From: Octopus sinensis
Taxonomy: Eukaryota
Assembly (NCBI RefSeq): GCF_006345805.1
Contig: NW_021835254.1
Span: 1-55,846, forward strand
DNA length: 55,846 bases
Direction: 5' to 3'
The translations under genes were made by a program, and so were the position numbers. Positions within the stretch are counted from its first letter, which is position 1; the number at the start of each line of letters is the position of its first letter. The notes beneath the pieces were generated by a model that worked only from the letters and a program-made list of their open reading frames with translations, searched no databases and had not been told where the DNA came from. This document shows positions 24,612-37,758 of this stretch, piece by piece.

Positions 24612-24660
24612 CAAAATCTGTTACTCTGAGTTTCTCGTTGCCGTTCATCAGACAGTTTTT
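24612..24660 (-). ncRNA. Minimal type I hammerhead-ribozyme-like motif
   Basis: Minus strand: aaaaactgt-CTGATGA-acg gcaa cga-GAAA-ctcagag-TA-acagatttt. Intact core, stem I ctgt/acag, GCAA-capped stem II (first pair A.A mismatch), palindromic stem III, GUA triplet. Confidence 0.65.
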
Positions 24661-25714
24661 GCTAGAATGGAACCGATATATCAATTCAATCTAGACTCTT
24701 ACAAACGCTACACCTTTAAAAAGAAATGGACTTGTTTGATTGGCCCTTTAGAAAAAAAACGGTCAATCTTCGAGCGATAAACAAAAAGGTCACAAATATA
24801 TGTATATATATATAAAAAATCTTATAAAAAAATTATAAAATCCGAGGAAAAACCTTACATTGAATAAAACATATTGACGTTAATGAAGAAAGTATAAATT
24901 AATTCATAGAAATTAAACCTGTTATAAATATTACACTGCAATACATATTTTTATTAAAATGTGCATATATATATCAACATACACAAAAGGATGCGCGCAA
25001 ACGCCATACATATACAGACGTATGAATATAAATCTAAATATACACATAAATGCATGTGTACATATATTCACGCAAACCATCTCGCACGCAAGTTAAAAAT
25101 GATCTCAGTATATGAGAATCGCTACATACTATTTCACTATAATAAGAAAATCTCCCAGACAGCAATACTCAACAACTCACGTAGGTAAAGAGAAAAAATA
25201 ACGATTCCACCCTGCTTTGATTAACTGTATACGCGTGTCGGAGTTAGAGAGAGGTGAAAAATGTAAAATCATATTTCCACTCTATCATTCTCCTCTTTAG
25301 TACAGCGATTCAAGATTTTAAATTTGAGAGCACAGAAAGTTAACATACTTATCTGATCAAGCGACATCAGACAACGTATATCCAAAGATCAGTACTTCCG
25401 AATTCAAACAGACCAATGAGATCTCGTATTCTTCCTCACTCACCCACGTGTTCCAATGAGTAAAAATTCCGCAGAAAACTGCAGTTTACTATCAGGGATA
25501 TTATTATATTATCAATAATAATAAAGGGTAAAATAAATTAATTAATCAATTAACAATTAATAATTTTACCAAGTAGTTCTGTATGTTAAAAGAACCGTTA
25601 TCGGTAAACTTATACAAAAATTCTATAATTATGAGTATAATCATAATTAGGGTTCAGCAAAATTTGCTTCACCATTTGCTTATTTTTGTATAAGTTTATA
25701 ATTATGTTAGTAGA

Positions 25715-26003
25715 TCAAACGAAAACACCTAAAGCTACACAAGGCTCCTGCAGGGGGTGGTGGTGAACCCTGCTGTACTCTTTCACCACAACTTTCTCTC
25801 ACTCTTTCTTTCTGTTTCTGTTGTATCTGTATTTCAAAGGGCCAGCCTTGTCACACTCTGTGTCACGCTGAATCTCCTCGAGAACTACGTTAAGGGTACA
25901 CGTGTCTGTGGAATGCTCAGCCACTTGCACGTTAATTCCACGAGCAAGCTGTTTCGTTGATCGTATCAGCTGGGACCCTCATCGTCGTAACTGACGGAGT
26001 GCT
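25715..26003 (+). mobile_element. Headless SINE related to family C
   Basis: 'cgaaaacacctaaagct.cac.aggctcc.gcaggggg..gtactctttc.ccacaactttctctcactcttt' is shared with 24333-24420. Confidence 0.65.
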
Positions 26004-26624
26004 CCTATCCTATAGTAGATCAAAATATGGAAATCGTCGCTAAATATTCTGCTGTCATGAAAAATGCGAGTGAACTGTAAAATCACAAAAAAAAGAAGAA
26101 AAAACATTGGATGGATATAGAATCACGAAATAAAGGAAAAGGAAATTAAAAATTCTTTCAAGTTTAACAAAAGATCGGTTGTAGTTGTATAGATATTTAA
26201 CTAATTGACTAATAATAAAGAAGTGGAATTGAACCAGTGCGCGTGTTATTGATATTGGCATAATGACTCTCCCTAGAAATAACGAAATTAAACATTTTTA
26301 GAGGAAAATGCGGCCGAGTAAAATAACCATGTTAAACGAAGGAATTAACTAATAATATAAAAGTGATATATTGAGGTTCTCCAGTGTAAGAAGGAAGTGA
26401 GGTGAAGAGCGGGGTAAATTATGACAAGGCAAATATGTAGAGGCATGTCTGCAAGACCATACAAATTGGAATTTTCATTTAAAACGTGAAAATCTTGATA
26501 GAATATGAACAATTTACTTAAACCCAGTTTAAGACGTAAGTTTGGAAAGAATGTTGAAACGGTGCCGCTTGCTATAAGACGCTCAGGGTCGTTAGCCACT
26601 TTCTTACTTGCAAACAAATGTGGT

Positions 26625-26918
26625 AACATGTAACATCATTGACCGAGGTTACCGTGGTCTTTTCCGTAGGCTTTTCTTCCCACAGATAAACCTTATCTGC
26701 TTCCCCCTTCACACTTTACACCATGACACTGTGATACATGATCCCTATTGATCGTTTTCTTTCCCCACTTTTTTTTTCTTCCTTCCCTTTTACGATCCCT
26801 TTTGATCGAAAAGCTAACCCACCTTTCCTTTTTTTCCCTTTTCTTTCCCCCCAAAAGAAAAGCTCTACGTTGTAATCTGTCCCGTCTGTGTGCAGCCCTG
26901 TGTGGCTAATAAAGAAAC
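26625..26918 (+). mobile_element. 3' UTR fragment of the L1/Tx1-like LINE at 17.3-18.4 kb
   Basis: 'cattgaccgaggttaccgtggtcttttccgtag..tgtgtgcagccctgtgtggctaataa.gaaacat' is shared. Confidence 0.8.
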
Positions 26919-27655
26919 ATATTTAAAAACAAATGACGAAAGAAGTGTGTTAGGACAAATTCATCGAAAATTTTTCTTGAGATTCCTTCAAGGATGGACA
27001 TGTGTCTGGATGCGAATCAGTGCTTTAGTCTTCCTGCAACTTAGCAGAATAAACAAATGCTTTCAAGAGACAATTATCGTATGAATATAGTCGTCTGGAA
27101 CGAAAGACAGCATTATTAATATGGGAATGTCTTTCTGAATTGTAATGGTTAATTGTAAAACGAATTTCTGTGAAAGAGCGGAGATTTAAATTTAAAATTT
27201 CTCTGGCGATATTTGTTCTTACATTTGAACTGAAGTTTGAATTACACCCTGGGGTATTTTACGTCTGTAATTAGTATTTGGGAGGTTGGAGTAGGTAATA
27301 GATTATATCTTATCTGAAAAGTCGCCTTTATTGTGTTTGTCGCTATATCAATCAGTGACGATGAACGTAGCTTCATTAGAGATTAATGAAGAGACAAGTT
27401 TATTAATATAAAGAATTTAGTTTCGAAGACTATCAGCCAATATCAGACAATAACTCATTGACTGGAATCAGTCGAATAAATGAGTAAAAGTCAAATGAAT
27501 AAGACAGCTACGACTAAAAAGTAACAAACATGTCCGAAAGTTTTGTCTCGATATCTTTGTATGTAGCGCATCTGATTTATCAGATCTGACGGGAATCTAC
27601 AGCAATAAGAACAACAAAAGAGAGAAAGCCGTGGCGTGAAAGGATATGAATAAAT

Positions 27656-28175
<520 letters not shown>

Positions 28176-28319
28176 ATTTAGTATTGATTGTCGGAGAAAA
28201 ATAGTACACGATACCATAGTTGAAGCTAATAATATTTTACTTTCATCGAGTCAATCTCTACTGCTCTGGGATTCGCCTGTGGGTGCACAGGATTTGTACG
28301 AATAGAATAAGATATGATG

Positions 28320-28410
<91 letters not shown>

Positions 28411-28465
28411 ATATATAGATATATATATATAATTATATATAATATATTATATATATATATATATA

Positions 28466-28715
28466 GGGAGAGTTTACGAAAAAACAAAAAAAGACAGTGG
28501 TGTACGAAAAAACAGATGTATTAGTATAACGCTCAGGAATCGAAAAAGTAATTTTACGTTTCGAGCCTACGCTCTTCTACAGAAAGGGATGCAGAAAAAA
28601 AAGGAGAGAGAGAGAACAACAAGGAGGAAAAAAGGAGAGAGAAAAGGAGAGAAAAGGAGGAGAAAAAAAGGAGAGAAAAAAATGTTGTGGTCGGTGCTAA
28701 CGATCTCCCTGGCGA
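28466..28715 (-). mobile_element. Second copy of the 1453-1720 repeat, flanked by (TA)-rich runs
   Basis: Shared sequence including 'tttcgagcctacgctcttctacagaaaggg'. Confidence 0.65.
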
Positions 28716-28890
28716 CTCAATATAATATATATAGAAAACATAAAAGAGAGAAGAGAAAATGAGAGAGAGAGAGAGAGGGTGAGAGAGAGAGAGAGAGAAT
28801 GAGAGAGAAAGAGAGAGAGAGAGAGAGAATTAGTGAGTGACTTGGCGTTTTTACTGTCTTCAGCATAAAGTGTGGAAAAGACCCACCTAC

Positions 28891-29009
28891 CTGGTCCATT
28901 GTAAGGCCAGGGTTGACGGTGTGTGGAATCAAAGGCGGCATGACTTTGGTTGCGACGAGGTTATGCGTTAAGCCAAAACGTTTGTTACTTAGAAGATGAC
29001 TATAAATAC
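28891..29009 (-). CDS. SCYL2: SCYL2-family exon D, 119 nt, phase 1/0
   Basis: Acceptor ccattttcag|GT completes the split Gly codon; donor CAG|gtaggt. Encodes (G)IYSHLLSNKRFGLTHNLVATKVMPPLIPHTVNPGLTMDQ. Confidence 0.88.
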
Positions 29010-29164
29010 CTGAAAATGGAGTAGAAAAATACAAAACGTAAACAGAAATGAATTTAAATTATGACTGAGATGGACATTTGAGAATACAGTTGTAGCTTAT
29101 ATCAAAAAGCGAAATCGAAGGATGAATAACGCAAGAGACTGGCTAAAATTTATCTGGTTGTATA

Positions 29165-29205
<41 letters not shown>

Positions 29206-29569
29206 ATATATATATATATATATGTGGTATATGTGTGTGGTGTGTGTGGGGTGTGTGTGTGTGCATCTGTATCTATATATTATATATATATATACATATG
29301 TCTGTGAGTGTGCGTATATGTATGCGTATGTGCGTATGTGTGTACATGTATGTATGTGCGTGTATTTCATCTGAAGATTGCCTTCTAAGAGGAAAGGTAG
29401 GTTTATGTGATAAGGTGTCATCTTAAATGATTTAACTTCTAATATATATATATACCCTTGGCATACAGTTTCAAGTCATTCACAGAAAAGCAGGGTGTTA
29501 TTTTGGTATTTGTTTCCTTGTGAAGCAGTGAGATACCATTCAGACTTCCTCAACATGAATGACAAAAGG

Positions 29570-29800
29570 TTTAGAGAAAGTATAAACAACATCACAGAGA
29601 GGCTGTCCCCTTGGACAGAATATACTGCATTCTATCAGTGATAATATAATTACTCCTTGAATTCAACTTCAAGATGATGGAATACAATGAAGTCAGGTCA
29701 GCTTTGACTATGTTGTCGAGATCAAAGGCTTTCTTGTAGTATAACCACATCGAAACTGGGTTCCTCCTATGATCGTGCACAATTGACATTACAGTTTTGT
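29570..29800 (-). pseudogene. Possible highly degenerate non-LTR RT fragment
   Basis: 'MWLYYKKAFD' resembles the W(I/L)DYKKAFD RT motif; support is short. Confidence 0.35.
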
Positions 29801-30362
29801 TTATCAATATTGTATGTATGTATATATGTTGTATGTATGAACGCATAAATGTATGTATGTGTGTTTACTTATACGTGTATGTGCAAAAACGAGTAGGGTT
29901 GATACTTATTGGAAAACAGCCTGTAAATCATACTTTTCGAATAAACACACATATACACTCACCCATATCTATATATACACATATATACATATATGTGTAT
30001 ATATATGTAGATATATACATAAACATTCACAAATATACATATTCGCACATATGTATATATGTATACATACACGCACATACATATATACACACATACACAG
30101 ATATGTATATATATGTATGTACGATCATATACCTAAGTATTTTCATATATATGTATTCTTATAAAGTTGCAGTAGAGTCTGTTCGAACGGACAGCCATGT
30201 TAAAGTGGATACGAATATTACTTATCTGTAAAACTACTGTGTTGATCTCTTAAGAAGATTTTAGAACTAGTATTTTGCTTGTTATATATATATATATATA
30301 CATAACCCAGCCGAAATTGCAAATATAATCTGGAACTCGACTGAGGAAAGAAAGCATCGAAT

Positions 30363-30502
30363 TCACAAAAACCCCAAAAGACGAAGACAGGTGGTGTAAA
30401 AACAAACAGATGTATTAGTTTAATGCTCGGGTAGTGAAAAAGTCTTTAACGTTTCGAGCCTATGCTCTTCTACAGAAAGGAACACAGAAAGAAACAAAGA
30501 GA

Positions 30503-30503
<1 letters not shown>
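30363..30503 (-). mobile_element. Third, shorter copy of the 1453-1720 repeat, in intron C-D
   Basis: 'aaaagacgaagacaggtggtgt..tttcgagcctatgctcttctacagaaagg'. Confidence 0.65.
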
Positions 30504-30538
<35 letters not shown>

Positions 30539-30800
30539 GATATATATATGTATATAATATATATAACATAAAATACACATATATATAATATATAATATAC
30601 ATACATACATACATATAAGCGCTCACACACACTAGAAAGACACTTCTAAAACGTTTAATGACATTCTGATAAAGAATTTACAACGTTTGAAAAAAATGTT
30701 CTTTATACTTTGTAAGACTGTATCAAGTTAATCTCACAAAGACTTTAAAATATGTATATATACATACATATACATACACTCAGACAAACACACACACACA

Positions 30801-30841
<41 letters not shown>

Positions 30842-30935
30842 AACATGTGCTTGTAAGCGCACGTATTTGTGTTGGCTGATGTAGATGCTTGAAAACTTCA
30901 TAAATGGAAGATAAGAAAAAGGAGGAGTACTTTAC

Positions 30936-31068
30936 CGACGATACTCATGACCACCTCAGCGTCCTGACAAGAGATCTCGGTGAGGAAAGGTAGGACTTCG
31001 TCTAGAATAATCATCTTGTCTAGACTGTCCAGCAATTTCTTGATACAGGTCAGCGCGTTGATCTTCAT
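30936..31068 (-). CDS. SCYL2: SCYL2-family exon C, 133 nt, phase 0/1 (absent from the ORF track)
   Basis: Acceptor ctattttcag|ATG, donor G|gtaaag. Encodes MKINALTCIKKLLDSLDKMIILDEVLPFLTEISCQDAEVVMSIV(G), which resembles recalled SCYL2 'VRVNSLVCLGKILEYLDKWFVLDDILPFL'. Confidence 0.88.
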
Positions 31069-31259
31069 CTGAAAATAGTGGAAAAGATAAATGGTGAGAG
31101 ATAGAGGAGCAGAGTTAGCGATAAAGAGAATGAGATAGATAGAGAGTTATAGAGAGAGAGAGAGAAAGAGAAAGAATGAGAGAAAGAGGGAGAGTGAAAC
31201 AGATAGATTGAATGATTAGAGAGAAAGGAAGACGGAGAGACCAAAATTGGAGAGTGTTG

Positions 31260-31306
<47 letters not shown>

Positions 31307-31554
31307 ATATATATATACAAAATAAGAAATGGAGATTTTGTTGAAATCTATTCCTCCATTTTCTTATTTTGTATTATGAATTTGAGGTAAAACATTTTAC
31401 CTTCGCCCATATAATACAATAAATGAATTAATTGCATTGCAATTCTTAGCATTTATGTATTAGCCTTTCTGGGTACTTCACTGGCAGTATATTGGATAAA
31501 TGATATCCCATAGTGGGTTACACTCACAACCTCTATCTCACTTTGTATATATAT

Positions 31555-32040
31555 ATATGGTAAATGAAAGAGGGAAGATGGAATATAAGAAAATTTTTAT
31601 TATTAATCATGACAATTGTTTCGACACACCCAGCTTAGATCCCTCATGGATGGGACACTTAACAACTGCTTCAGGAGCATCCGGCGGTGCAGATGTGTTT
31701 CATCGGGTGATAAATAGATACTCGTTGAATTAACAGTTCCGCAATGTATGTTCTCATTCCGTAGAAAGAAAAGCAGTAAAATGCAAGAAATATCTTCATT
31801 TATCTAGAAGATCAAAAATAAAATCACAGATGCTAAAAAGAAACGAACACGCAGTACAGTGAGAAAAGTATTAAAAAATAACCGTTAACAGATATGGGCG
31901 TATAAACATCTGCATCGCCGGATGCTCCTGAACCAGCCGTTACGTGTCCCACCCGTGAGGGATCGATGCTGGATGTGTCGAAACAATTGTCGTGATTAAT
32001 AATAAAAATTCTAGTATCTTCCGTCTTTCATTTATCATAT
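31555..32040. repeat. Imperfect inverted repeat, arms of about 140 bp (31555-31696, 31906-32040), spacer about 210 bp
   Basis: For example 'attattaatcatgacaattgtttcgacaca' versus 'tgtgtcgaaacaattgtcgtgattaataat'. Confidence 0.85.
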
Positions 32041-32044
32041 AAAT

Positions 32045-32621
32045 AACGTCCCTCAAGTATCACCGGATACCTGCAGCTAGTCATTAAAAAAAAATCTGGA
32101 AAAACCAGATTTGTTGCGGCCGATGGGTTCCACAGGGTCAAAATCGCTTTTGGCCCTTCCCAATCGACCGCCGGCGATACCCTTACATTTAAGAGCCTGG
32201 GCCCGCCATCCCCCAGTCCCCGTCGGATGGTATCTTCAATCCAACCCGCCTCGAAGCCTGGGGGTAACCAACATACCCAGGCTCTTATTAATTTCCTTCC
32301 GCAGTACGACGTGGGGAATAGAATTTCGTTGCCCTCCAAGGGCTGGCTCGCGAAATTGCGAGCCTCCTCCGGTGTGTCAAACAGTAACCATACGGTTGCA
32401 TGCTTGACACCGCGGGATATGTATTTCAGAGAGGACAAATAGTTTTTCAGTTCTTTTTCCACAGTTGGTTTTGGGATGCCTGTGATGGTATCAAGAACTT
32501 TAGAGTAAGTTCTAACCACTACCATCCTCACTTCCATATCTTTTAAGCACTGCTTGGGTGGGATAATTTCCCACTCCAAGACAGGGTTCTTCTTTTTAAG
32601 TTCCTTCTCTGCTATGTCCAA
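32045..32621 (-). pseudogene. Probable LINE ORF1 (gag/RRM-like) fragment, truncated at its 3' end by the inverted repeat
   Basis: About 190 codons of non-repetitive open frame ('..SRGVKHATVWLLFDTPEEARNF..YCGRKLIRAWVCWLPPGF..W'). No splice-phase link to the host exons. Family assignment is from recall. Confidence 0.5.
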
Positions 32622-33484
32622 AAAAAAAAAAAACAGTTCAAAAGCAGTTCATAAAAACAGTCCACCAAAAAATAAAAACCGAATAAAAATAAAATAAAAA
32701 CAAAATAAAAGAGGAGAAAAAGAAACTGAAATTAAAATAATGAGAAAAAGAATGAACTGAAATTTAGAAAGAAAGAAAAAAATGGAAGAAGGGAAAAAAT
32801 AAAAAAAGAAAACCTCACAAATAGAACAGACAGGGAATCCTTTTGTATAATACTCCAATAGGTAAATCCAATAGTCAGGGTTCTTCTCAATAGTACTCCA
32901 GTTAGGTAAACTCCACAGGGTACCACTTTTTCTAGCGAAATACGCCCAGCAGAATGTACAGGTTATTTGGCGAAAGAACGCCGCATTGAATTTGACTCCA
33001 AAGAAGTTTTCAAAAAATTCTCAGTCCACCGTTATGGCGACGAGACCACAATAGTTTTGTTCGCTGGAGCGAGCTACAACTGTAGTCATACTTCAATTTT
33101 CAGTATTTCACGGCGAACGACGTGACTTTCAATCAGCATGAAAAAAACGCGAAATCTTCTGTAGTGAGGTAAGCAAGCTACTTACCACACAGCCACTCCT
33201 GTTAAGTTTCTATTCATATTTATTATGGAATTCTCCCTCCGATAAACAATAAACTTTCTATTTGTTTATTTAAGCAACGTTTTAACATCAATAACTTTAA
33301 ATAAACAGAAGAGTTATATATTAAAAATATAATTATCATTTATATATTTTTACACGTTTTATTACAGTTTCTAGATTAAGTAAGACCCTGATACTTAATT
33401 ATATACATATATATTATTGTTGTATGTTATAGGCGAAAGGTTGTCTTAGACATAAATGAGTGTGGATTGATATTATTTGAGATA

Positions 33485-33791
33485 TCTTTATATATAAAAC
33501 TTAAGTTGTGTGTGTGAGAGTCTGTCTACACCGATTTAGATTCCTAACTATTCCCACATTTTGCGGTGCAGTTTAACCAAAAGCGGGTATCTTATAGTCG
33601 TGATTTATATCGAGCCCTTCTGGGTATTAGCGCGCGTCTACGATGAGTCTACGATTTAAAAAAAAAATTTACCATCATTTTTTCGTTTTTTTAATGCATT
33701 TTTTACTCGGTTTTATATAAGGGAAGTAACTCTCTAAAAATGCTTAGTTATTTTCCTTACAAACCCGAGCAACGCCAAGCGATACTGCTAG
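33485..33791 (+). mobile_element. Non-autonomous Helitron, copy 2, inverted relative to copy 1
   Basis: A|TCtttatatataaaa..cccgagcaacgccaagcgatactgCTAG|T. Confidence 0.8.
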
Positions 33792-34393
33792 TATAGAAAT
33801 ATATTTCGATAGTTGTTGATTCTACTTACTGATTTTGTCTGTTATAATTTTGTTGTTTTTAAATTTTTAATCTAATTGATATATAGTTGAATGGCTGACG
33901 TATACGCTCAAAATATGTAGGCATTTGAATTAATTATTTTACAATCCAGAAATTCTTACACACGGAATTTCGTATTTCTACACACCAATTACCCTGCTGA
34001 GGCTTATATATAAGGGAATTGAATTGTTTATATATAAAAAAAATGTATATAAGTCGAAACAATTTGTTGGCTTTTTTGTTTTTTTAAATAATTGTCAGCA
34101 CGAAGTTTTGTCAGTGAACAGGTCGCGGTTTCAAAGCGACGAAAATATTTTGACTATGTTGAAGTGAATCTAACGGTTTTTGTGTGTTTCTTAAATGGCT
34201 TATAAACACCTTCCACGCTGCAATGTTTTTCGTTCCGGCACACGATCTCAGATCAAGTCACTTGCTATGCAAGTACAACTCTGTTTATGTTATATTGTAT
34301 TATATTCACAGTATATTATGTTATATTATAATATAAATAAATTATTGGATCGTCATTTGTATCTCTCTATTTAATTCACTGTTTATATACATA

Positions 34394-34802
34394 GGCGCAG
34401 GAGTGGCTGTGTGGTAAGTAGCTTGTTTACCAACCACATGGTTCCGGGTTCAGTCCCACTGCGTGGCACCTTGGGCAAGTGTCTTCTACTATAGCCTCGG
34501 GCCGACCAAAGCCTTGTGAGTGGATTTGGTAGACGGAAACTGAAAGAAGCCCGTCGTATATATGTATATATATATATGCGTGTGTGTATTTGTGTGTCTG
34601 TGTTTGTCCCCCTAGCATTGCTTGACAACCGATGCTGGTGTGTTTACGTCCCCGTTACTTAGCGGTTCGGCAAAAGAGACCAATAGAATAAGTACTGGGC
34701 TTACAAAAAGAATAAGTCCCGGAGTTGAGTTGCTCGATTAAATGGTGGTGCTCCAGCATGGCCGCGGTCAAATGACCAAAACAAGTAAAAGAGTTAAAGA
34801 GT
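34394..34802 (+). mobile_element. SINE family A, full length
   Basis: Head ggcgcaggagtggctgtgtggtaagtagc..ggttcagtccc, CORE-like ccttgggcaagt, tail aagagttaaagagt. Confidence 0.9.
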
Positions 34803-35212
34803 ATAGTAATGTTTATATGCCAACATAACGTGGCAGTCCTGTAAAGGACGATGTTACTGTTGTTTTAGCCATAGGAAAACATCTTTTCCAGCTGGCTAAT
34901 GACACACAGTCTGTGTCCATATATAGCATTTGCAAGGAGGTCATCGTTTCCATCTCTAGCCTTACGTGATATTCACAGACCTAGATTTCTTAATGTTAAA
35001 CGTCCTCAGTGTGAAACAATCACCAGCTAGTGGCGAAAGCGATCTCCACTTGAAAATACTTTATATTCTTTATGCAACACACAATCGCCGATCCCGTATC
35101 GAGAAAAGCAACATGTTTTAAATCTCTGAGCGAGAGAAATACAGTAAAAGTACTGGTTAGTAATGTTTATATGCCAACATAACGTGGTAGTCTTGTAAAG
35201 GACGATGTCACT

Positions 35213-35215
<3 letters not shown>
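34803..35215. repeat. Segment bounded by a direct repeat of about 57 bp (34804-34861, 35158-35215)
   Basis: 'tagtaatgtttatatgccaacataacgtgg.agtc.tgtaaaggacgatgt.actgtt' occurs twice. Confidence 0.8.
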
Positions 35216-35263
<48 letters not shown>

Positions 35264-35674
35264 TAACTATATGCATACATATACCTATATATATGGATAT
35301 ATATATTTATATATTCTAATATTCGCTTAGGTGTGCGATACTAATAACTGAACACACACATGCAGATTACACATTCCGGCTGGTTTCCCGACTGTGAATA
35401 TTATCCAACTATTTCTTCATCTAAATCAAGCCCAGCCTGACATTATACATTACCACAAAAAGGCATATTGCAAGGCAGTAGCTTGTTAGCAATTCTCTTT
35501 GTTCTCGAGGTTGGCCGGTGGAGTAGAGGAGGGGGAAAATTTTAACCATATCAATGACCCAATGTCTGCGTAATGCTGGATCTCTCGACCCAATAATCCA
35601 CAGATACTGGAAAATAATGAACTGTCAGCCTACAGGCATATCACTCTCAATAAGTTTACGGTAAGTGCATGAGG

Positions 35675-36065
35675 CATCAAGCTGACAGAATCTTTAGCAC
35701 GCCCGTCAAAATGCTTAGCTGCATTTACGTTCGTCTTTAAGTCGACTTTGCATTTTATCCTTTTGCAGTCAACGAAATAAGTATCAGTTGAGTAATAAGG
35801 TCGATGTAATCGACTATAACCCTCCTTCAAAATATTTCAGGCCTTCTGCTTATAGGAGAAAGGATCATTATTAAGATGGTGGGCTGGCAAAATCGTTAGC
35901 ATGCTCGTCCACTTTACGCTCTTGAGTTCAAATTCCGCTGAGTTCGACTTTTGCCTTTTCTCTTTCTGGAGACGATAAAATAAATAACAGTTGAACACTA
36001 GGATCTATGTAATCGATAAATCCTCTCCTCCAAAATTTCAGGTTCCCCTCCCCAATAGAAAGAAT
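35675..36065 (+). mobile_element. Two diverged tandem SINE family B-like copies
   Basis: 'gctg.ca.aatc.ttagca' heads, 'tcgacttt', 'atgtaatcga' and 'aatttcagg' each occur twice. Confidence 0.6.
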
Positions 36066-36124
36066 GCCTTCACAGTACATGTCCTGACACAAGTGATTTT
36101 TCTGAATTGGGTTACTGCAATCTA

Positions 36125-36468
36125 TATTTGTGTACTAAGGTGACCATTAGCTTTGTGTTAAGAAAAATATCGTAATATCTTAACAATGTTTCAAGCCGAA
36201 TACATAGGGAAATGGCGTTCGTCTCCGTTTTGAATGAAAACATGAAAATTCTCGGGAATTCACAAAAAACGTCCCGTAAAGAAAACAAGAAATCAAAAGG
36301 CATTTTAATTTTTTTACGAGACTGTTTTTGTGAATTTCCGAGAATTTTCGTGTTTCCAACCAAAATGGAGACGAACACTATTTCCTCATGTAGTCAGCTT
36401 GAAAAATTGTTAAGATATTAAGATATTTTTCTTAACGGGAAACTAATGGTAGCCTTAATACACAAATA
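36125..36468. mobile_element. Foldback/MITE-like element made almost entirely of an imperfect inverted repeat (arms about 155 bp)
   Basis: 'tatttgtgtactaagg..gttaagaaaaatatc.taatatcttaacaat..cacaaaaa' mirrors 'tttttgtg..attgttaagatatta.gatatttttcttaac..ccttaatacacaaata'. Confidence 0.75.
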
Positions 36469-36527
36469 AAGAAATTTTATCCACTACTGCAGTGTTGAGC
36501 AATCATTCTCATCGTTCGACATTTACG

Positions 36528-36618
<91 letters not shown>

Positions 36619-36843
36619 GTCTGTCTGTCTGACTGTCTGTCTATGTCTCTCTTTTATTCACATATATATATAAGGATATCCAACCATCCATCCATCCCCT
36701 GACCTCTTCAGTACTACCACCCCACACCAGTAACCATTGCAATCCCTTATTTTCCTTCTTTTCTGGCTTTCTCTCTCCTTTCCTTTCAGCCAGTCTTCTT
36801 AGTGGTGGCGCAAAAGTTAGGTAAATGGGAACGTACTATTGTA

Positions 36844-36885
<42 letters not shown>

Positions 36886-37513
36886 GTACATACTACATGT
36901 GTATATATACACACATACATATTATACATACATACACACACACAAAACGCATACACGGACACATTATATATACTTATATACATACTTATATATACATACA
37001 CGTATAAACATGCACACACATACACGGATACATACACTTATTTAATCAGACATACATATACGCAGATACATACATACACGCATACACATATACATACGTA
37101 TGCACACATGCGTGTGAGCGCACACTCACACATGTACAAACAGACAGGCAAACAACGAACATGTATGAAACACTATAAGTGCAAACGCGTGAATACAAAA
37201 ATTACAAAATCGCAGTTTAAGAAATTTCCCCGAACGTTTTTGTGTGACATTTGCAACAATTTCTTTGTTGCTTCTGTTTCTATTAAATAAAGGAATATAA
37301 AGTTATGTTTTCTCATTTCTCCTTATTAAATCTACAGTTGCCATACAATCAAAATGGCGGCATTCTTGTAGGCGGCAGCGCGAAATTTCTCTTCGTCTCC
37401 GTTTCGTCTCCACTATATCTGTCCATATTTTTCCTCTTCATCAGTGATATTACTGCTTCTAGGTCTATCATCCTTTATACTATAACACAGTCTCTCTCTT
37501 AGCCTCTGTCTGA

Positions 37514-37590
<77 letters not shown>

Positions 37591-37642
37591 GTCGGTCTGT
37601 CTATCTATCTATCCATCCATCCATCCATCCATCCATCCATCC

Positions 37643-37683
<41 letters not shown>

Positions 37684-37703
37684 CTTATCTACCTACCTAT
37701 CAC

Positions 37704-37758
<55 letters not shown>

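Noticed and set aside
26000-26074. Strong acceptor ttttacag|TTC as the next exon
   Set aside because: The peptide FTRIFHDSRIF.. is unlike the expected helix, there is no good donor, and it runs into a SINE.
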